From Candidatus Krumholzibacteriota bacterium (lineage in GTDB: Bacteria > Krumholzibacteriota > Krumholzibacteriia > JAJRXK01): DNA of 64,000 nt. The notes beneath the pieces are model-generated. The model had not been told where the DNA came from and made no database searches. It saw only the letters and a list, made by a program, of their open reading frames with translations. How positions within the stretch are numbered: the stretch's first letter is position 1; each line of letters opens with the position of its first letter. The DNA is taken from NCBI GenBank assembly GCA_963727455.1, contig CAVSGG010000008.1, positions 288,001 to 352,000 on the forward strand. Reading direction: 5' to 3'. The translations under genes were made by a program, and so were the position numbers. Shown here in pieces: positions 27,824 through 40,078 of this stretch.

Positions 27824-29347
27824 TCAGGATCGTGAAGGCAGCAGCGATCCCATCTCGACTTCGGGGTAGAGTTCGCCGAAAGACTTGATCTCCCTGCTGC
27901 CGATCCGCTTGTAGACGCGGCTGCGGCCCAGCTGCTCCAGATCGTCGACGCCGGCGGCCGCCACCAGATCCAGGAACTCGTTCACCACCGCGTGGTGGTA
28001 GTTCTTCACCCGAACCCACTTGTCTTGCACTACGAGCCCGCGTCGCAGATGCGGGTCGTTGGTGGCCACACCGCTGGGACAGCGGTTGGTATGGCACTTG
28101 AGAGCCTGGATACACCCGAGCGCCAGCATCATTCCCCGGGCCGCGTTGCAGACATCCGCCCCCAGACACATCGCGCGGAAGAGATCGAAGGCGGTGAGGA
28201 TCTTGGTCGCCACGATGACCCTGATGTCCTTCTTCAAATCGTAGCCGCGCAGGAGATCGCACACACAAATCAGGCCTTCCTCTAGCGGCATCCCCACGTA
28301 GTTGGAGAAGTCGATGGGCGCAGCGCCGGTGCCGCCCTCCGCCCCATCCACGGTGATGAAGTCGGGTTTGATTCCGCTGGCGATCATTTCCTCGCAGATC
28401 TCACGAAACTCGGCGCGGCTTCCCACGCAGAGTTTGAAGCCCACTGGCTTCCCTTGCCCCGCCTCGCGCAGCCGTCCCACGAACTCGAGCAGCCCGCGAG
28501 CATCGCGAAACGCCGTGTGCCCCGGGGGACTGATGACGATGGTGTGCGGCTGTACACCGCGAATTTCGGCAATCTCGCGATTGTTCTTGGCGGCCGGGAG
28601 CACGCCGCCGTGTCCGGGTTTGGCCCCCTGGGAGAGCTTGATCTCGATCATTTTCACTTCGGGACGCGCCGCCTGCTCGCGAAAACGGTCCAGCGAGAAG
28701 CTGCCGTCCGGGTTGCGGCAGCCGAAATAGCCGGTGCCGATTTCGTACACCAAATCGCCGCCCTGCAGATGATAGGGAGAGATCCCTCCCTCCCCGGTAT
28801 CGTGGAAGAACTGTCCTTCCCGAGCTGCCAGATTGAGCGCGGTGACGGCATTGGAGCTCAGGGCGCCGAAACTCATGGCGGAGATGTTGAACACGCTGGC
28901 GGAATAGGGCTTCTCGCAGTCTGGTCCGCCAATTTTGACCCGGGGCGCCTCGCTCATGCGCGCAGAGGGATAGATCGAGTGGTGCATCCACTCGTAACCC
29001 GAACGGTAGACATCGAGCTCGGTGCCGAAGGGGTGATTCTGCTGCACCCGCTTGGCCCGCTCGTAGACGTAGGCGCGGTGGTTGCGGTCGATGGGACGCC
29101 CGTCGGTCCCGTCCTCCACGAAGTACTGATGCAACTCGGGGCCGATTGACTCCAGCAGGTAGCGAAAATGTCCGAGGAAGGGGAAATTGCGCAGTATGGT
29201 GTGCTTTTCCTGGAAGACGTCGTACAGACCGATCAAGATGGCGGGGCCCAGGAGTATCAGACTGTAGAGGATCGGCGGCCACAGGAAGGCAAGCCCCGCC
29301 ACAGACGCCAGTACGGCCAGGCTTCCGAGCAGGAACGGGATCTTCAT
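27824..29347 (-). CDS. FMN-binding glutamate synthase family protein
   Basis: NISAMSFGALS, TGEGG, EIKLSQGAKPGHGG, DGAEGGTGAAP, GCIQALKCHTNRCPSGV. Confidence 0.92.
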   Translation of the reverse strand: MKIPFLLGSLAVLASVAGLAFLWPPILYSLILLGPAILIGLYDVFQEKHTILRNFPFLGHFRYLLESIGPELHQYFVEDGTDGRPIDRNHRAYVYERAKRVQQNHPFGTELDVYRSGYEWMHHSIYPSARMSEAPRVKIGGPDCEKPYSASVFNISAMSFGALSSNAVTALNLAAREGQFFHDTGEGGISPYHLQGGDLVYEIGTGYFGCRNPDGSFSLDRFREQAARPEVKMIEIKLSQGAKPGHGGVLPAAKNNREIAEIRGVQPHTIVISPPGHTAFRDARGLLEFVGRLREAGQGKPVGFKLCVGSRAEFREICEEMIASGIKPDFITVDGAEGGTGAAPIDFSNYVGMPLEEGLICVCDLLRGYDLKKDIRVIVATKILTAFDLFRAMCLGADVCNAARGMMLALGCIQALKCHTNRCPSGVATNDPHLRRGLVVQDKWVRVKNYHHAVVNEFLDLVAAAGVDDLEQLGRSRVYKRIGSREIKSFGELYPEVEMGSLLPSRS

Positions 29348-29473
29348 GAGCTCAACTCCTCAGAACTTCGTCGAGACAAGCGTCGCTTCGAGTCGGGGCC
29401 GGGCATCGTGGGGACGAGGGTACGCGCCTATGGGAATCCCTAGGCTCGCGGATCAGGATAGGGGAACTTCTCG

Positions 29474-30280
29474 ATGAAAACACCTCATGAGTCTACTCGA
29501 GTTCGCCTCGAGGGTTTGCTTCTCGACCTGGACGGGGTGTGCTGGGTCGCAGAAGCCGCGATCGAAGGCGCTGCCCTGGTGATCGAAGAGCTCAAGGCTT
29601 CAGGCCTTCCGCTGCGCTTCGTCACCAATACCACCAGGCGCTCGCGGCACGCGCTGGCAGAGAAGGCGCGGCGTCTCGACCTGCCGATCGAAGCGGAGCA
29701 GATCCTCACCGCTCCGCAAGCCGCGCTGGCCTGGCTGCGCGCGCGGGGGCTCCCCCGCTGCCGGTTGCTGGTGGATCCCTGCCTCTTGGAGGAGCTCTCC
29801 GAGCTGCCGCGCGACGATACCCACCCGGAGATCATTCTGCTGGGCGACCGTGAGGAGGAATGGAGCGAGGAACTGCTGCAGTCGCTCTTCGACCAGCTCA
29901 TGGCGGGTGCGGAGCTGGTGGCGCTGCACAAGGGGCGCTACTGGCAGACCGCGGACCGCCTGCGTTTGGATCTCGGGGTATACGTGGCGGGACTCGAGTA
30001 TGCCACCGGCAAGAGCGCGCACGTGATGGGCAAGCCCTCCTGCGAGTTCTTCGCGCAGGCTGCCGCGGCCCTGCAACTCACCGGAACCTCGCTCGAGCGC
30101 ATCGCCATGGTGGGAGATGACGTGCTCAGCGACGTGGGTGGCGCGCAGGACTGTGGGCTGCGCGGGGTGCTGGTGCGCACCGGAAAGTACCGCGCGGACG
30201 CGGTGGCGCGCAGTGGAGTGAAGCCCGACTTCGTGCTCGATTCGATCGCCGATGTGCCCGGATTGCTCGGGCTCGGCTGA
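29474..30280 (+). CDS. HAD-IIA hydrolase (LHPP/HDHD2-like)
   Basis: DLDGV, TNTT, GKP, MVGDD..SDVGGA, VRTGKY. Confidence 0.9.
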   Translation: MKTPHESTRVRLEGLLLDLDGVCWVAEAAIEGAALVIEELKASGLPLRFVTNTTRRSRHALAEKARRLDLPIEAEQILTAPQAALAWLRARGLPRCRLLVDPCLLEELSELPRDDTHPEIILLGDREEEWSEELLQSLFDQLMAGAELVALHKGRYWQTADRLRLDLGVYVAGLEYATGKSAHVMGKPSCEFFAQAAAALQLTGTSLERIAMVGDDVLSDVGGAQDCGLRGVLVRTGKYRADAVARSGVKPDFVLDSIADVPGLLGLG

Positions 30281-30282
30281 GC

Positions 30283-31081
30283 GAGGCTACTTTACCAGCA
30301 CCGCAGCGCGAGTTTGGGTCCCGCCGGCCGTCGACAGCAACACCCGGTACACCCCGCTGGCGAGTCTCGCGCCGTTCTCATCCCTGCCGTCCCAGCGCAG
30401 TTCGTGTGGCCCCGCCGTGAGCTGGCCCTCGAAGAGGCGCTTCAGCATCCGCCCGCGCGCGTCGTAGATCTCCACCTCGACATGTCCCGCTTGCGCCAGT
30501 TCGAAGGAAACCGTGGTGCGCGGATTGAAGGGATTCGGGTGCAGCGGATGCAGCAGCGTGACCCGCTTTGCCGGCGCCGAGGTCGCAACGCAGCTGCCGC
30601 GCGGGATTCCCCGGCCCGTCTCATCGAAGGCGCGCACGGAGCTCAGCGCGTACGCTTCCTCCCCACTGCTCACGAAGAAGCCGGGGTCGATGTGCACGGT
30701 TCCCGTGCTGGCCGCCGCCCACGCGATGTGCAAGAGGCCTGGCTCCTTCAGTGACCAACTGAGCTTTCCGTGATCCGCGCTCACGAAGGCCACGTCCTGG
30801 TGGGTAGGATCGAAACTGAGTTCCAGCTCGGCCCCGGCCGCGCCCTCGATCACGATCGAATCGTAGTCGTCCAGAGGATCCGGGTACGCGCAGGCCTCGG
30901 TTCCGGTCGCGCCCGCAGTGAGGCCCGCGATCATGCGGTTGAAGAGCACTCCATCGCCGGCATCGGCTTCCCCGTTCTCGTTCAGATCGGCCCGGCAATG
31001 CGTCATGTCGTCGGCCTCAAGGCTGCCGCTGGCCAGCGCCAGGGCCGCATCGCGGTCGATCTCATCGACGACATCGTCGTC
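30283..31081. repeat. About 800-bp direct repeat (second copy 32527-33326)
   Basis: Identical by eye apart from a 1-nt indel. Confidence 0.9.
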
Positions 31082-32267
31082 GTAGACGTCTCCCTTTTCG
31101 CAGCCGATGCGGATCCAGGCGGGGCCTTCCCTGGCAAGCAAGGTGCCGTCCCAACCCCAATCACCTGAATTTACCCATTGCGCCGCGAAGTCGGTCTCGG
31201 GAGAAAAAGCGGCCGGGGAGTCTCCCAGACGATAGTCCACCTCGAAAATGCGAGTGTCGTTGTGGATTCCCTGTCCCCCCCCGACAAGCACTTCGAGGTG
31301 GCCTGGTTCATCTTGCACGACGCTCAGCTGCATGCCATTCGCCTCGGCTTGCGGACTGAGACGGACGGATTCCACCGTCGCCAGACTGCTGTCCCAGTCC
31401 AGGTACGCGCGGACGGAGTCATACGGAGTGCAATACTGGACAAACTGGGGGACCTGTACACAGTACTCCGCGTCGAAATCGTTCAGTTTGTCGCGTGCGA
31501 TCCCGAAGGTCTTGCGATCTGTGCTGCAGCTTTCGCCCCACAGGTGCAGAGAGAAGGGAACGGTCAACAACTCCCCTGGATCGGCGCCATGATCGGTCGC
31601 CATCAGGGCGTACTCTTGCCAGCCCATGAGGATGACACAGTAGAAATCGTCAGTTCGTTGGGCCCTTTGGCGATCGTAGGGCAGGTTCCAGGCCGCTGGA
31701 AGTAGCGGAGCATCGTCACAGCTCTGGGTCTGCACGTAGTCGCCGTCGTAAGGGAGCAGGACCAAATCGTCATAGAACCCGAGATCTGGCGACAAATCCG
31801 CGAAGAAAACGGTCATCAAAAGCACCGGCTTGTCGCTCTGCAGGCAGCCCTCCGTATTCAGGAGATCGAAATACCCCTCCTCGGCTCTTCCACCACTGCT
31901 CATCGAACCCCTGCGCATACTGAGATCTCGGTCGAAGAGCGCGTCAAGTTCCGGCCGGTGGGTATTCCCCACCATAGAACCCATCCAGATTCTCGACGCG
32001 AAAGCGCGCGCGATGCAGCCCGTTGGGTCCCGGCTGCGCCACCACGTAGAAGGCGATCGTAGGGAGCCCGTATTGTTGGATGATGCCAGTGGGTTCAGGA
32101 GGCTCAAAGAGCCCCTGGGGACTGGTGAAGATCCCGATCTCTCCCGGGCGCAGGGGCACGGCGGTATCTGCGCTTGCCGGGCTAACGAGTGCGAGGGGGA
32201 CCAGAGATCCTAAAAAGAAAAATCCGAAGGCGAGAACCAAGAGGGAAACGCGGGTTCGCATTGGCAC
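30287..32267 (-). pseudogene. Secreted cohesin/dockerin-like protein with FlgD-Ig C-terminal domain, copy A, frameshifted near 31890-31960
   Basis: ORFs 31944..32267 (signal peptide) and 30287..32107 together align to copy B; dockerin-like GDVYDDDVVDEID...ADLNENGEADAGD; tail PNPFNP..WDGRD..ASGVY. The indels may be sequencing errors. Confidence 0.7.
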
Positions 32268-32291
32268 ATACTCCTCGATCCAGGAGCCACG
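32089..32291. repeat. About 200-bp direct repeat (second copy 34294-34496)
   Basis: Identical apart from GTG/ATG at the first possible start codon; covers RBS and signal peptide. Confidence 0.88.
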
Positions 32292-32339
32292 TCGATCCTA
32301 CTCCCTGTAGCGCAGGAAACGCAAGTGTGGACCGGGAAT

Positions 32340-32428
32340 TCACGGCCGCGCTTGGACTCGAAGACATCGCGCTTCAGAACATCGCGATGGTGGGGGATGA
32401 CGTGCCCGGACTTCTGGGGTTGCGCTGA
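32340..32428 (+). pseudogene. Relic of the HAD gene 3' end
   Basis: Translates AALGLEDIALQNIAMVGDDVPGLLGLR*, matching the HAD C-terminus (AAALQLTGTSLERIAMVGDDV...DVPGLLGLG*) with an internal deletion. Confidence 0.65.
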
Positions 32429-32530
32429 GAAACGCCGTCTTCTACTGGGGTCATCTCACCAGTGCAGCTGGCGGAAGCTACTGCACCAGCACGACCGCTG
32501 GAGCTTAGTGCCCCAGCACCTCGGCGGAGG

Positions 32531-34472
32531 CTACTTTACCAGCACCGCAGCGCGAGTTTGGGTCCCGCCGGCCGTCGACAGCAACACCCGGTACACCCCG
32601 CTGGCGAGTCTCGCGCCGTTCTCATCCCTGCCGTCCCAGCGCAGTTCGTGTGGCCCCGCCGTGAGCTGGCCCTCGAAGAGGCGCTTCAGCATCCGCCCGC
32701 GCGCGTCGTAGATCTCCACCTCGACATGTCCCGCTTGCGCCAGTTCGAAGGAAACCGTGGTGCGCGGATTGAAGGGATTCGGGTGCAGCGGATGCAGCAG
32801 CGTGACCCGCTTTGCCGGCGCCGAGGTCGCAACGCAGCTGCCGCGCGGGATTCCCCGGCCCGTCTCATCGAAGGCGCGCACGGAGCTCAGCGCGTACGCT
32901 TCCTCCCCACTGCTCACGAAGAAGCCGGGGTCGATGTGCACGGTTCCCGTGCTGGCCGCCGCCCACGCGATGTGCAAGAGGCCTGGCTCCTTCAGTGACC
33001 AACTGAGCTTTCCGTGATCCGCGCTCACGAAGGCCACGTCCTGGTGGGTAGGATCGAAACTGAGTTCCAGCTCGGCCCCGGCCGCGCCCTCGATCACGAT
33101 CGAATCGTAGTCGTCCAGAGGATCCGGGTACGCGCAGGCCTCGGTTCCGGTCGCGCCCGCAGTGAGGCCCGCGAATCATGCGGTTGAAGAGCACTCCATC
33201 GCCGGCATCGGCTTCCCCGTTCTCGTTCAGATCGGCCCGGCAATGCGTCATGTCGTCGGCCTCAAGGCTGCCGCTGGCCAGCGCCAGGGCCGCATCGCGG
33301 TCGATCTCATCGACGACATCGTCGTCATAGACGTCTCCCTTTTCGCAGCCGATGCGAATCCAGGCAGGGCCTTCCCTGGGGAGCAAGCTGCCGTCCCAGA
33401 ACACATCATTATCCGTTTCGAAATCAGTTCTGGGAGAAAAAACCGCCGGGGAGTTTCCCAGACGATAGTCCACCTCGAAGACCCAAGTATCGAAGTGCAT
33501 TCCCTCCTCTCCGCTGATGAGCAGTTCGAGGTAGCCCGGGTCGTTTTGCACGACACTCAGCTGCATACCATTGGCCTCGGCTGGTAGGCTGAGACGGACG
33601 GATTCCACCGTGGCCAGATTGCTGTCCCAGTCGAGATAGGCGCGCAACGAATCGTAAGGGAGGCAGTACTGCAAATCCCCGCTTCGTGCGCAGTATTCCT
33701 CGTTGAAATCGTTCAGCCGATCGCGCGAGATGCCAAAGTTCTTGCGATCCGATCCACAGCTTTCGCCCCACGCGTGCGCAGAAAAGGGAACGGTCAACAG
33801 CCCTCCCGGATCGGCGCCATGATCGGTGGAGAGCAAGGAGAACTTAGCCACGCCAACGAGGGTGTAACAGTCGAAATCGTTCGTTCGTTGTGCCCGCCGA
33901 CGATCGTAGGGCAGGTTCCAGGCGGCCGGAAGCAGCGGGGCGTCACCGCAGCTCTGGGTCTGCACGTAATCGCCGTCGTAGGCAAGCAGTATCAGGTCAT
34001 CGTAGAATTGCAGATTGTTGGCCAAGAACACGGTCAACAGCAGCACCGGCTCGTCGCCCTCGAGGCAGCCCTCGGTGTCCACGAGATCGAAATATCCCTC
34101 CTCGGCCCGTCCACCGACCTCTTCGATTCCCGGCGCAGTCTGGATCTGTACTGGAATGGGCCCATCTAGAAAAAGGGGCGAGTAGGATTCGGTATACAAG
34201 TTTTCGACGCGAAAGCGAGCCCGGTGGAGCCCATTCGGTCCCGGGCGTACTACCACGTAGAATGCAAGCGTATACAAGCCACGGAATATCCCGGTGGGTT
34301 CAGGAGGCTCAAAGAGCCCCTGGGGACTGGTGAAGATCCCGATCTCTCCCGGGCGCAGGGGCACGGCGGTATCTGCGCTTGCCGGGCTAACGAGTGCGAG
34401 GGGGACCAGAGATCCTAAAAAGAAAAATCCGAAGGCGAGAACCAAGAGGGAAACGCGGGTTCGCATTGGCAT
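32531..34472 (-). pseudogene. Secreted cohesin/dockerin-like protein with FlgD-Ig C-terminal domain, copy B, 1-nt frameshift at about 33174
   Basis: GCGAATCATG versus GCGATCATG in copy A; removing one base joins ORFs 32865..34472 and 32531..33097. May be a sequencing error. True start may be 34466. Confidence 0.72.
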
Positions 34473-34537
34473 ATACTCCTCGATCCAGGAGCCACGAGGA
34501 GCTTAGCACTTCGCGAACCCGCTTGGCAAACCCTGCC

Positions 34538-36076
34538 TCAATGGATCTTCACGATCTTGGCCGCTTCCGAACCCACGCTACCGCTCGCGCGCAGGAGATA
34601 CATCCCGGAAGCGACGGACTCTCCGCGGTCATCGCGTCCGTCCCAGGTGACGAAGTCCCGGCCCGCCGGCACCGTGACCGTACGCACCGCGCGTCCTGCA
34701 AGATCGAAGAGCTGGAGCTGAACACTGCGATCCATCGCACGGCTGAGACGCAGTTGCGTGCTCTCCCCCATCACGTTGGGCTGCGCCCAGACGCGCAGGG
34801 CGGGATCTCCGGTCCAATGACCGACTCCGGTCGCAGACGCGTAGTCGTACGACGAAGTATTGAGTTGAATGGTAGCGAGCGTAGCGGAGGCCTGCTGTGC
34901 GATCTCCTCCGTCTTACCCGGGGGGTTGTCCACGTCGAAGAAGACGTCGAAACTGACCACGCCCGGCTCCACCGGTGGCAACGCAATGTGGGAAAAGCTC
35001 AATCCCGATCCCTCCGGTACGTCGAAAACGAGCCAATGGTCGGTCCGATAGGGCACCATTCCGCTACCGTCCATCGAGTACGAGCGGAACATCACGCTAA
35101 AGCCCATGCCCATGATTTGATCTGGTGGAAGCATGAGCGACGGATCTCGAGCAATGGTCGGCATGAGGTCTCCTGCCGCTTGTACTTCGACCCGCAACAC
35201 GATGCTACGGTAATGCGTCGCAGCCTGCTTGGGGGAATAGGTGTCGACGACCACGATGCCTACCTGCTCGCCCGGCATGCCAATGCCACCGCCGGAATCG
35301 CTGGCCATCAACTCTGTAGCCGGCGGATCCCCGGCGTTGGTGACGCTTTGCAGCGACAGAGCTACAATCTCCGTCTGAACCGTCGCACCCGTGGCATTCA
35401 TGCTACTCATGGTGATGTGCAGAGCCCCCGTCGGATACGGCGGGCCAACGATCGTCCCGTCCGTGACGTCCGCGCCAGCAGCGCTGGCTGGCAGCTCCCA
35501 GGCGCGAAAGTCCGCAATGTGGTAGTCGCCGAAGTCGGGTACCACGAGGCTGAGGCGAATGAACTCGACGTGCGTCAGGTCCGCGGTGGAATAGTCGGAA
35601 AACGGAAAGAAATAGACACCTGATCCCGTGATCGATTGCGTGGTGCTTTCCTCGATCCCGGTGTCGTCGCGCACAAGCACTTCGAGCTGGCCGGCCGCCA
35701 CCGCGATCGGCATGTCCACCCGGAAGGAATTGAGCACCCCTCCGTAGCTCAGATCCACCAGGGTCGGGTCATAATCGAATTCGAGACGTCCTCCACCGTT
35801 CCCCCACACCGTGGTCACCTGATTGTCGACATTCACGAGAGCGAGATCTGCTCCACTGAGACTCCCGTTGATGTACATGCGTTCCACGCGAGCCAGCGAA
35901 ATACAGTGTCCCGGAAGCAGACCCGTCTGGATCGAGCTGTCGAAGGTGTTCCCGCCCAGGGAAAACGCACCTTGCTCGAAGTCGTCGATCACCTGAGCCG
36001 ATGCGAAGCTTGCAAGCACGCACGGCAGCAGGGCAGACATTGTTAACGTCCGCAAGATATTCTGAGCAATCCTCAT
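34538..36076 (-). CDS. Secreted protein with FlgD-Ig C-terminal domain
   Basis: Signal peptide ending ASA; tail AQPN...FDLAGRAVR...WDGRDDRG..VASGMY. Confidence 0.85.
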   Translation of the reverse strand: MRIAQNILRTLTMSALLPCVLASFASAQVIDDFEQGAFSLGGNTFDSSIQTGLLPGHCISLARVERMYINGSLSGADLALVNVDNQVTTVWGNGGGRLEFDYDPTLVDLSYGGVLNSFRVDMPIAVAAGQLEVLVRDDTGIEESTTQSITGSGVYFFPFSDYSTADLTHVEFIRLSLVVPDFGDYHIADFRAWELPASAAGADVTDGTIVGPPYPTGALHITMSSMNATGATVQTEIVALSLQSVTNAGDPPATELMASDSGGGIGMPGEQVGIVVVDTYSPKQAATHYRSIVLRVEVQAAGDLMPTIARDPSLMLPPDQIMGMGFSVMFRSYSMDGSGMVPYRTDHWLVFDVPEGSGLSFSHIALPPVEPGVVSFDVFFDVDNPPGKTEEIAQQASATLATIQLNTSSYDYASATGVGHWTGDPALRVWAQPNVMGESTQLRLSRAMDRSVQLQLFDLAGRAVRTVTVPAGRDFVTWDGRDDRGESVASGMYLLRASGSVGSEAAKIVKIH

Positions 36077-36350
36077 GATGAGTCCCCTTCGAATGGGCTT
36101 CGTTGCGTACGTAGCCCGTGATCTGCAGAGGGCATCGAGAGGTCACTACTGGGGGAACTCTGAGCGCTATCTAAGGGGGTCGATCGGTGAAGCACAAAGC
36201 ATAGACACGCCTGTGCCCGAAAACATGGGACCTCTCCATCCCCGAAGCGCCAGAAACGGCCCGCCGCAACGAGGGCGCGATGGCGGCGGAGGGGGACCCG
36301 AGGTTTTGGCGTGGATCCATCCTGGCACAAATTCGATTGCCGTTGCCAGG

Positions 36351-36384
36351 AGAAAATCAAAGGAGGTTCGCCTGGCGAACCTCC
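36351..36384 (-). terminator. Intrinsic terminator downstream of nrdJ
   Basis: Hairpin GGAGGTTCGC-3nt-GCGAACCTCC followed by TTTGATTTT on the minus strand. Confidence 0.7.
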
Positions 36385-36449
36385 CTGGGTGAATTCGAAG
36401 CAAGGAAGTCGGACTTTAGAGCCTAGCTAGTGAAGATCAAGACCTTCGC

Positions 36450-39347
<2,898 letters not shown>

Positions 39348-39483
39348 AACCTCATCCTCTCCTCATCCATGAGTTGACTTATTCTTTTTTTGCGACGGAA
39401 TCCCTAGGGGATGCCGGCGGTGTTCCGGACTGGGGCAAGGGCCTAAGACCCTGGAAATTCTCAAGTTGCGTTGATGGGCGCCA

Positions 39484-39531
39484 ACACAAGATCTAGTGCC
39501 CTGAGGCGCAACGTACCACAAGACCTTGGGT
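39484..39531. promoter_or_regulatory. Tandem NrdR boxes overlapping the nrdJ promoter
   Basis: ACACAAGATCTAGTGC (39484) and CCACAAGACCTTGGGT (39516), 32 bp apart; TTGACG-N16-TACGTT on the minus strand. Confidence 0.8.
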
Positions 39532-39570
39532 CGTCAACGGCAAAAATGGGATCGAGGAAATTGGGCGATT

Positions 39571-40014
39571 TCAGGCCTGTTTTGGCATCTGGACGAGCTC
39601 GGTGAGGACTTCCAAGACCACCCCGCGAACATCTTCACGCGTTAAGTTGAAGATTTTCATGCGTTCTTCACGGGTGCCCTCGGCCCCGGCCGGGTCAAGC
39701 ACCGGATGATGGTCCAGGCGCAGGTCCGGATGACGCCGGTGCAACTGGCCAAAGGCCTGGTCGCTGAGGGTGACGATGCGGTCGAAGGAGTTGAGGTCCA
39801 GCTGCGCCACCGTCTTGCTGTGTTGGCCGGAGATGTCGATGCCCACTTCGGCCATGGAGGCCACCGTGTCGGAAAAGAGTCCGGCTGCCATCAGGCCCGC
39901 ACTCTCCACTTCCAGTCCGGGAAAGGCCAGCGCGCGCGCGAAGCCCTCGGCCATCTGGCTTCGACAAGCATTCGCGTAGCAGACAAAGAGGAGGCGTTTG
40001 CGAGGAGGTAGCAT
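39571..40014 (-). CDS. arsC: Arsenate reductase ArsC / low-molecular-weight PTP family
   Basis: LFVCYANACRSQMAEG, MAEVGIDIS, DP; the resolving cysteines are not evident, so activity is uncertain. Confidence 0.75.
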   Translation of the reverse strand: MLPPRKRLLFVCYANACRSQMAEGFARALAFPGLEVESAGLMAAGLFSDTVASMAEVGIDISGQHSKTVAQLDLNSFDRIVTLSDQAFGQLHRRHPDLRLDHHPVLDPAGAEGTREERMKIFNLTREDVRGVVLEVLTELVQMPKQA

Positions 40015-40078
40015 GGATCCTTGAAACTCCGCGAGTCTGCAGCTCAGATTTCGGAAGCGAGTTCGACCAAGCCCAAGC

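Noticed and set aside
30283-34496. Diversity-generating retroelement template/variable repeat pair
   Set aside because: No reverse transcriptase in the window; differences are not adenine-specific and include indels over about 1 kb
34394-35623. 409-aa plus-strand ORF
   Set aside because: Antisense shadow of the FlgD-tailed protein; no motifs
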